DNA of 64,000 nucleotides from a virus (Duplodnaviria; Caudoviricetes): IMG/VR virus record IMGVR_UViG_3300030330_003867, positions 732 through 64,731 of that record, one strand, 5' to 3'. Of the stretch, positions 57,924 through 64,000 are shown one piece after another (positions within the stretch are counted from its first letter, which is position 1; each line of letters starts with the position of its first letter). Below the pieces are notes generated by a model. The model had not been told where the DNA came from, made no database searches, and worked only from the letters and a program-made list of their open reading frames with translations. Both the position numbers and the translations under genes were made by a program.

Positions 57924-58270
57924 GGCGCACCTTCCGGTGCTATGGTTTCATCCCCTCTAACAAAGGTTAAAACGCGCAGTAATTCTTCTGTGTTTAGGTC
58001 ATTGATTGTAATATCTTCTGATAGAATACAGTTAGGAAGCCACGCATCTATTTGGTCGGCTATCCCGCATCCTTCTTCATCGAGGGCATCCGAGAACTCC
58101 ATTTGTTGTTCTTCGGACCATGAGGTAGGTTCACCAAAGTGTCTAAATTTTCTTAGCACTTTTGCTTGCTTACTCTCAAGCCTAATCTTTTCAACACCCG
58201 ATGCTTGACGCACAAGTATTTTTCTTTCATCGTTCAATTCAATTTCCTTTTGCAGAACCGGCACTTTCAC
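57911..58270 (-). CDS. Tail assembly chaperone (gpG-like)
   Basis: 119 aa, acidic, between tail tube and tape measure; ends at the slippery site. Confidence 0.8.
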   Translation of the reverse strand: MKVPVLQKEIELNDERKILVRQASGVEKIRLESKQAKVLRKFRHFGEPTSWSEEQQMEFSDALDEEGCGIADQIDAWLPNCILSEDITINDLNTEELLRVLTFVRGDETIAPEGAPPLE

Positions 58271-58412
58271 TCACCTTCGCTTTCTTTTTCTTTGGTGCGG
58301 CTTTCTTAGCCGCCTTTTTCACTACTTTTGGTTCAACCAAAACATCTTTGACTCGGCCTTCGATAACTCTCTTTTCCCAAACGCCGTGTTCGTCTTCATA
58401 TCTTTCAGTCAT
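58239..58412 (-). CDS. 57-aa Lys/Ala-rich microprotein, not in the ORF track
   Basis: MTERYEDEHGVWEKRVIEGRVKDVLVEPKVVKKAAKKAAPKKKKAKVSESAGSAKGN; GGTGA upstream. Confidence 0.6.
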   Translation of the reverse strand: MTERYEDEHGVWEKRVIEGRVKDVLVEPKVVKKAAKKAAPKKKKAKVSESAGSAKGN

Positions 58413-58423
58413 TTATCTCACCA

Positions 58424-58615
58424 TCATTGGTCTTCGTATGTTACATTAATAACGATACGATTTGAATTTTTGTTTTGCATATAATTGATGCTTACTACAT
58501 CATCACTTGCCGCGAGGGTTCTTAAGAAAGTCTGTAGGTCTGTGTTTGCAGACTCCATAGTAGTCTTAATCTCATGGACAGTCATTTTTGTCGGGTCAGC
58601 AATTGTATGACTCAT
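58424..58615 (-). CDS. Hypothetical small protein
   Basis: GGTGA ribosome-binding site; tail operon. Confidence 0.55.
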   Translation of the reverse strand: MSHTIADPTKMTVHEIKTTMESANTDLQTFLRTLAASDDVVSINYMQNKNSNRIVINVTYEDQ

Positions 58616-58625
58616 TTAATCACCA

Positions 58626-59639
58626 TCAGTATGCGCCGGATTGCAGACTGTTTCCTGTTAGAACACAAGTCATAGCCTTAGCCGCACCGCCGCTTGTTGA
58701 ATCATATAGTCCTCTAAAATTGACGGTCATTGTGTTTGTATCTCGGCCACTTACTGATGCTTCCGGTGCTTCAAAGAAAACCTTTTTGAAATCAAAGGTT
58801 ATGCTTTCTGTGCCGCCCTCATCCTTTAATACAAGAGTCATAGCCGCATCTGCGCCGCTTGGATTATCCACATCACCATCAGCCGCAATTAGTGTGCTAT
58901 ATGTTGGCTCACCATCTGTTGCGGTGTATAGGACTTGGTTAAACTCGATTGTTCCTGTGATTTCCCTGCGTTGCTTAGGTATCTTTCTTTGTGGTCCTGC
59001 GCCACCGAGAGCGTAAGCGTTGTCGGGGTCTTGGTTTAGGTTAATATCAAAAGAAAATGACTTAACGGTTGCTACTGCGCTACCGCTTCCAAACTTGACT
59101 TCACCGTTTGCGAAGTAAAGTGCGTCAAGAGCCGCACCATCATAAGTAGGTGTAGTGAGAGCGGCTACGGCAGATTCTCCCTTACCGTAAAAACCAACGC
59201 TCATCATAACATATTCGCCTACATTTGCGGCGACATTTAGTGTGTTAGCGCACATACCGGTGAAGGTGTGTTGCTTTTGCTCACGACCAACCTTAATAGT
59301 ATAAGAAGGGTATTCATCGGATGCAGAAGACGGTTCAAGTAATGTGTGTGTGTATGGACCGCTACCCGATACGCTATCGGTTGGGAAAAAGCCCAAAAGA
59401 CAAGTCGCTACGAAGTCATCCACTTGCATAGCGAGGCTAATATCTCCTTCGCTGTATTCCTTACCGGTTACTGCTTTTGAAGAAATTGCCCTGCTCATAT
59501 CCTCACGAACCATCAAGTCAAACTTGTGTCCGAGAGATTCTTCATCCACTTCCCCATAGATATAACCCGATGTAGGGTCTGTTCCATAGGAAGATTCTTT
59601 TACTATTCCAACATAGCGATTTAGAAAGTCATCAGCCAT
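58626..59639 (-). CDS. Major tail tube protein
   Basis: YVGIVKESSYG, EYSEGDISL, SYTIKVG, REITGTI and TMTVNFRG motifs; start MADDF after AGGTGG. Confidence 0.85.
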   Translation of the reverse strand: MADDFLNRYVGIVKESSYGTDPTSGYIYGEVDEESLGHKFDLMVREDMSRAISSKAVTGKEYSEGDISLAMQVDDFVATCLLGFFPTDSVSGSGPYTHTLLEPSSASDEYPSYTIKVGREQKQHTFTGMCANTLNVAANVGEYVMMSVGFYGKGESAVAALTTPTYDGAALDALYFANGEVKFGSGSAVATVKSFSFDINLNQDPDNAYALGGAGPQRKIPKQRREITGTIEFNQVLYTATDGEPTYSTLIAADGDVDNPSGADAAMTLVLKDEGGTESITFDFKKVFFEAPEASVSGRDTNTMTVNFRGLYDSTSGGAAKAMTCVLTGNSLQSGAY

Positions 59640-59691
59640 ATTACCACCTATTATTGTATAGACGCACGAATCATGCGTCATTTAAAGGTTA

Positions 59692-60765
59692 TCAACGATG
59701 CCTCATGTCTATGAGCCTTTGATAAGTAAATACCATTTGGTGTGTGCAAACCGTATCGTCATCGTCTATCTTAACATCTAATTCAGCATTATAAGAAATG
59801 ATGCTATCTGTTGTCGCCAAAACCCCTGTATTTGTATAAATTTCATCAAAAACTTCACCGATTATATTTAATCCTTCTCGGTATGCGTCTTCGTAGTTAG
59901 TGCCTCTCGTAGTTACCATAACCCTAACATCATATTCTTGTCTAACTTTTGTGCCGCCCAATGTATCAAATGACGGAGAATCTATACCCTCTATCACCAC
60001 ATGAATAACAGGCGGCATCATTTTTGTTAATCTGTTCATTGAAAGGTCATACCCATACACGATAGAATCAGTATCAACCTGTGTTTTCAAATACATTCTT
60101 TTGCTATTTTTTAATTGATTTACAATTGCTATACCCATACGCGATAGTGTGTCCTGTGCAAAATCAGAAGTCATCAATTCTTCGGGCGTAAATGCGCCAA
60201 ATTTACTGTAATACACAGAAGCCCATTTTACCGTTCCATCAGTATTACCCCATGATGCAGTAGCACTTGATGAAGCCGAACCTGTTACTGAATAAAACAT
60301 AGTATTTGCATCGTCATCAAAAATCATTTCTCTTGTGTATAATTTACCATTTCCGCTTGAATCAAGAGTTAATCTAAGAATCAAATCAATAGGTTCATCT
60401 TCTTGTTTTGTAATATCTAAATCGCGTGTAATTACTGTTGATGCGCCGACTAAATCTAACTTATCACCATTACCTTTAGACCTTACTTCAACCCTTTTTG
60501 TTCCGTTATCAAGAGCCATAAGCACCGTTCCAGCCGCCGGTATATCTGATGTATTACTAAAAGAAAAAGCGGCTACTAAAGTTAAGTCATTATCGTCTGC
60601 GGCTGGTGTGATAGAATAGGTAGTGGATGATGTAGCCAACCAATAATCACCCGATGCAGAACCACCACTACCGGACCAATTATCATTAAACGAACCGGAT
60701 AGTGAAGTAGGGTCTGTGCCGTTCATACGGCTATTCCAATACTGAGTCTTTGTTGCTACGGCCAT
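59692..60765 (-). CDS. Tail terminator-like protein with an N-terminal beta-sandwich domain
   Basis: The last ~140 aa match a terminator-like pattern (PVIHVVIEG, YDVRVMV); the N-terminal ~200 aa are beta-rich. Confidence 0.6.
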   Translation of the reverse strand: MAVATKTQYWNSRMNGTDPTSLSGSFNDNWSGSGGSASGDYWLATSSTTYSITPAADDNDLTLVAAFSFSNTSDIPAAGTVLMALDNGTKRVEVRSKGNGDKLDLVGASTVITRDLDITKQEDEPIDLILRLTLDSSGNGKLYTREMIFDDDANTMFYSVTGSASSSATASWGNTDGTVKWASVYYSKFGAFTPEELMTSDFAQDTLSRMGIAIVNQLKNSKRMYLKTQVDTDSIVYGYDLSMNRLTKMMPPVIHVVIEGIDSPSFDTLGGTKVRQEYDVRVMVTTRGTNYEDAYREGLNIIGEVFDEIYTNTGVLATTDSIISYNAELDVKIDDDDTVCTHQMVFTYQRLIDMRHR

Positions 60766-61406
60766 TATTTGTTCATCCCCCTAAGCACCCTTTCTCCTTC
60801 TTTTTCAAAGGCTTTTCTTATCTTATTTAAATAACCGTCAAATTGTTCTTTACCGCGATTATCCCAACCCTTGCTCACATAGCCTTCGGGTAGTGGGTAT
60901 TTTCCGCCACCATCTGCCGACTGTAAAAATTTGTTTGAATATGCGCCTTGCGCTTGACCGCGAATTAGACTGTGCATTACAGGGTTTCCTTTAGTGGCCT
61001 TAGCGTAAGTCCTTTTTGATGTAGGTTTAGCCGTTCTTTTACCATAATAATATAACCCTGTTAATTCTTCACCGCGACTTCCGGTTGTAGTAAAAAAACC
61101 TGTATTAACGGAGAATAAAGATTCGGAAGTAGGGCCACCTAAAAAAGAACCTACTGCTACCGGTTCTATATCTTCTGCGTATAATACATCGGCTATTCTT
61201 TTGTAAAACTCGACCCAATCTCCGCGTTTTCGGCCTTTGTATTGGTTCTGTTTGTATCGCCTTAAAAATCGCTCGTATTTATCTTTTTCTTTATGTAGTG
61301 CAGTATTTAAAGCAAGAGTAATGTTGCGAGCAATTTTTGAATTAACATCGTTTATCTCTTTGGTATATGCTTTAAGAGATTGTTCTTCAACCTGTATTTC
61401 AAACAT
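60765..61406 (-). CDS. Neck/tail-completion protein (HK97 gp10-like position)
   Basis: Basic 213-aa protein between adaptor and terminator. Confidence 0.5.
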   Translation of the reverse strand: MFEIQVEEQSLKAYTKEINDVNSKIARNITLALNTALHKEKDKYERFLRRYKQNQYKGRKRGDWVEFYKRIADVLYAEDIEPVAVGSFLGGPTSESLFSVNTGFFTTTGSRGEELTGLYYYGKRTAKPTSKRTYAKATKGNPVMHSLIRGQAQGAYSNKFLQSADGGGKYPLPEGYVSKGWDNRGKEQFDGYLNKIRKAFEKEGERVLRGMNK

Positions 61407-61416
61407 AATACCACCT

Positions 61417-61953
61417 TCAATCCACAGACCCAAGATGGGCCAAACGGCGAAGGTTCATTGTGCTTCTATCACGAAGACTTGAGCCGCGCAAAGAGCCTTC
61501 TGTCGTTCCTGTTTGGAACATAGATTCATCTTCATAATAATACGAAGCCGCTAAATCAGCGCATATTTCTCTAAGCACATGAGCAAACTCCCCTTCTTCA
61601 ACGGTCACACCGTCTGCATGGTCGAATGAAACTCCCGCTACTCCGGTCAAATCGTTAGAAGATTTACCGGTCCATGAGATAGAATCACCGTCAATATTAC
61701 CATTACCGGCAGAAGAAAATGCGCTTGCAGAAGTCAAGGTAATAGTATTAGCACCAGCCGCTACTGCGCCGCTAAGTGTTGTGCTTGCGATTTCTCTTGA
61801 CGGCACATCACGCCCATAATCACGGAAGCATTGGTCTATGTCTATTGTAGCCCTGCGTATAGCGGAAGTTAATCGTGTGTTAGCCTTATCTCTTTGGCCG
61901 CTATTTAAGCCCAATCGAGAGCCAACATCACTTATAGAACAATAATAAGCCAT
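61417..61953 (-). CDS. Head-tail adaptor with inserted beta domain
   Basis: YCSISDV..RLG...I.RA..DID...VLREICADLAASYYY pattern. Confidence 0.7.
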   Translation of the reverse strand: MAYYCSISDVGSRLGLNSGQRDKANTRLTSAIRRATIDIDQCFRDYGRDVPSREIASTTLSGAVAAGANTITLTSASAFSSAGNGNIDGDSISWTGKSSNDLTGVAGVSFDHADGVTVEEGEFAHVLREICADLAASYYYEDESMFQTGTTEGSLRGSSLRDRSTMNLRRLAHLGSVD

Positions 61954-62095
61954 TACACAACACCGCCACAAATCCTATCAATATCACATAAAGCATTCGC
62001 TTCTGTCGTTTGTTTATGATTGTTAGTGTCTTTTCAACATTTGTGAGCCTTTCAGCCACATTACGACACCATGCGTTCCATTGGTTTTGGTCCAT
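61928..62095 (-). CDS. Small coiled-coil protein with C-terminal TM helix
   Basis: RLTNVEKTL...MLYVILIGFVAVLCNGLLLF. Confidence 0.6.
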   Translation of the reverse strand: MDQNQWNAWCRNVAERLTNVEKTLTIINKRQKRMLYVILIGFVAVLCNGLLLFYK

Positions 62096-62099
62096 TTTA

Positions 62100-62345
62100 T
62101 CACATCTGCGTTGAAATACCCATAGCACCTGCTACAATTGCGATAAGGGCTAAGGTAATCTTTTGTGTGTTAGACATATAGGATGCGATAAGACCGTTAG
62201 TAACTTCTAATTCAGTAGCCACTTGAGCCAAACCGGTTTTCATATCCATGTTAGACTGAACCAATTGTTCGATTAGTCTTTCATGTCTTTTTGCCGTTTC
62301 TTCTAAGTTATCAAGTCTTAAATCTATTACTTCGTCAGACACCAT
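62100..62345 (-). CDS. Coiled-coil protein with C-terminal TM helix
   Basis: RLDNLEE...ITLALIAIVAGAMGI. Confidence 0.6.
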   Translation of the reverse strand: MVSDEVIDLRLDNLEETAKRHERLIEQLVQSNMDMKTGLAQVATELEVTNGLIASYMSNTQKITLALIAIVAGAMGISTQM

Positions 62346-62733
62346 CTTCACCCATGCTTGCTTCAAGTCGGGCGATTAGGTCGGCCTTTTTGCCGCTTAC
62401 GGCAAGGCCCTTTTCCTTCAACATAGCCTTCAATTCAGCCACATTTCGTGATTCCAATGTGTCTTCAATAGTTTTCAATTCAGCCTTTGCTTCTGCGGCC
62501 TTTTCTTTTACATCGTCTATTGAATCAACGATTTCGTCAAGTGTAATCTTTCCATCAGCGTTTAATGCTTGATACTTTTTCAAAGCCCATACTGCGATAC
62601 CCAAAAGGGCCGCACCTGCTACCAAAAGCACTTCTATATCATCTAACAAGGATGACGATTCACTTACACAATCTATACAATCTTCAATTATTGTGGTATT
62701 ATTCGCTTGCATCTTAATCTCTCTCATATACAA
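62335..62733 (-). CDS. Membrane protein with EF-hand-like loop and C-terminal SAP domain
   Basis: TM helix VLLVAGAALLGIAVWAL; NADGKITLDE; VAELKAMLKEKGLAVSGKKADLIARL. Confidence 0.75.
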   Translation of the reverse strand: MYMREIKMQANNTTIIEDCIDCVSESSSLLDDIEVLLVAGAALLGIAVWALKKYQALNADGKITLDEIVDSIDDVKEKAAEAKAELKTIEDTLESRNVAELKAMLKEKGLAVSGKKADLIARLEASMGEDGV

Positions 62734-62877
62734 TTTGTTTTACTGCGGAAATAGGAATGACGGCAAAATGTCTGTTATCGCTACCCCGATATAGTTTATA
62801 GCCATGCGGTGTTTCTTCAATGTTTATGTTAGTCCATGACTTTTCGGGTGGGGTATAGACTATTTTTCCTTTTCTTT

Positions 62878-63234
62878 TCACTCATTCACTTCCATAATAC
62901 CTGCGTCTAATAATTCATCAATTATGGTTTTTATCTCATTTAGATAAGCCAATTCGCAGGTTATCCGCTCGTATGTATCTCCTACATCGTGATTCTTATA
63001 TGTTTCTTCTGCAACATACAAAGCATAGCCTTGTTTTTCACCATCTATTTCAGTTATAACATACAAAATATAATCATTATTACTTTCTTCCTTTTCTATT
63101 ACTTCTCCTTTTACAGTATAGCATGGAAGTGTATGGTGTTCTGATTCCGCAAGGTCAAAAGAAACAGGGTAGTTGCTTAAAAAAAAGATTAAAAAAAGAA
63201 TCGCCGCAACGAATTGTTTATCTTCTTTTTCCAT
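62878..63234 (-). CDS. Hypothetical protein with N-terminal hydrophobic segment
   Basis: FVAAILFLIFFL followed by a beta-rich soluble part. Confidence 0.55.
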   Translation of the reverse strand: MEKEDKQFVAAILFLIFFLSNYPVSFDLAESEHHTLPCYTVKGEVIEKEESNNDYILYVITEIDGEKQGYALYVAEETYKNHDVGDTYERITCELAYLNEIKTIIDELLDAGIMEVNE

Positions 63235-63263
63235 GCTCTATGGTCGTAATACCGATAGTTAAA

Positions 63264-63827
63264 TTATCGCCATCTTGGACCTTCAAACCACCCAACAAGG
63301 CTCGTTCTTGAGCCGGAAGTGATAGGCGATACGCCGTGTTCTAAGTATGAAATAAAGCATATAATAGAGCCGCGCTTAATTAGTGCTTCGGGGTCGGGAT
63401 TTTGTGTGTGAGCAAAAGATAAGATTCCGCCTTCGTAATCATCGGGGTCGGTTAATTGCACAACAATACTTAACTTTCTGTGTTTGCCGTCTTGTCTATT
63501 ATAATCAACATCATGGTGCATATCATACTTATGCCCTACATCTGCATATTCAGTAAATTGTAGTGGTGGTAAATCTGTAAGAGTAAGGTTGAATTGTTTG
63601 TTAGCATCCATAGCAACCTTCATTAAAAAGTCGTGCATCTCGGAGTATGGGCCAACATTAGGTAGCCACCTAATGTCTGTTTTGCGGTGAGCGTCAGACT
63701 CACCTTCGCCTGTTCTGAATGTTTTGGCCTCTTGCTTTGGTGCTTGTCGGCCTAATTCAATCCAACGCTCGCAATCTTGTTCGCTAAGGACTCCTTCGTA
63801 TAGTAACCAATTTGGGTGTTCCATCAT
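63264..63827 (-). CDS. 2OG-Fe(II) oxygenase (prolyl-hydroxylase/PKHD-like)
   Basis: HHD...H facial triad (MHHDVD; EHGV), RKLS, YEGG and R.SLV.W motifs. Confidence 0.92.
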   Translation of the reverse strand: MMEHPNWLLYEGVLSEQDCERWIELGRQAPKQEAKTFRTGEGESDAHRKTDIRWLPNVGPYSEMHDFLMKVAMDANKQFNLTLTDLPPLQFTEYADVGHKYDMHHDVDYNRQDGKHRKLSIVVQLTDPDDYEGGILSFAHTQNPDPEALIKRGSIICFISYLEHGVSPITSGSRTSLVGWFEGPRWR

Positions 63828-63862
63828 GTGTTAAGAAAACACCAAGTCTATTTAATGGGTTT

Positions 63863-64000
63863 CTAACCTACTAATGCGTTTGTTAATACCCAATTAGGCA
63901 ATACCGGTAAGTTTTCATACGCTTCATCAGCCGTAGCATAATCAGTAATATCTCTCCATGCCTGTCTGTAATTTTGAATATCAGTCAATTGTGAATCCGT
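63863..64000 (-). CDS. C-terminus of a tail-fibre assembly chaperone-like protein (partial)
   Basis: ...DIQNYRQAWRDITDYATADEAYENLPVLPNW...; YRQA.RDIT is typical of small chaperones encoded after tail fibres. Confidence 0.65.
   Translation of the reverse strand, partial: TDSQLTDIQNYRQAWRDITDYATADEAYENLPVLPNWVLTNALVG

Noticed and set aside
1-64000. tRNA/rRNA genes, integrase, transposase, reverse transcriptase/DGR
   Set aside because: No cloverleaf or catalytic motifs were recognised by eye; a tRNAscan/HMM run is needed to exclude them fully.
63990-64000. Direct circular junction of base 64000 to base 1
   Set aside because: Joining puts the fibre frame into a stop within a few codons and leaves the chaperone without a start, so some sequence is missing between the ends.

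Overview
This window is most of the genome of a tailed (HK97-type, siphovirus-like) dsDNA virus of an archaeon, most likely a marine Magrovirus-type virus of Marine Group II Euryarchaeota (Ca. Poseidoniales). The host assignment is inferred from the archaeal-type replisome, TATA/BRE promoters about 28 nt upstream of leaderless start codons, GGTGA Shine-Dalgarno sites and DUF3860-like wHTH proteins. (1) 1-13.4 kb, minus strand: portal, a multi-domain prohead protease/scaffold, decoration protein, major capsid protein, and a collagen-like tail fibre of >1,560 aa (4691 to <1) that is missing from the supplied ORF track. (2) 13.7-16.9 kb, plus strand: metallophosphoesterase and large terminase. 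(3) 17-23.9 kb: a control region with about 39 exact copies of the 9-mer GTTACATAA arranged around GC-rich symmetry centres, plus hairpin terminators and a putative structured RNA. (4) 20.5-36.9 kb: small early genes under a conserved AACTCACGAT-N8-TATA promoter. (5) 30.6-47.5 kb: replication/recombination module (PAC2-like protein, MCM-like helicase, RFC, RPA-like, Sak4/RecA-like, clamp-like, PolB, methyltransferase, Cas4-like, primase fusion, ERCC4 nuclease). (6) 47.5-64 kb, minus strand: tail module with a -1 frameshift chaperone pair, membrane proteins and a 2OG-Fe(II) oxygenase. The two window ends look like adjacent parts of one late operon. The best candidates for new biology are the GTTACATAA array with its wHTH binders, a capsid polyprotein with a repeated VEA/[AS] cleavage motif, the collagen fibre plus hydroxylase pair, and a viral proteasome-chaperone homologue. 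All family assignments are from motif recognition by eye; no database search was run.
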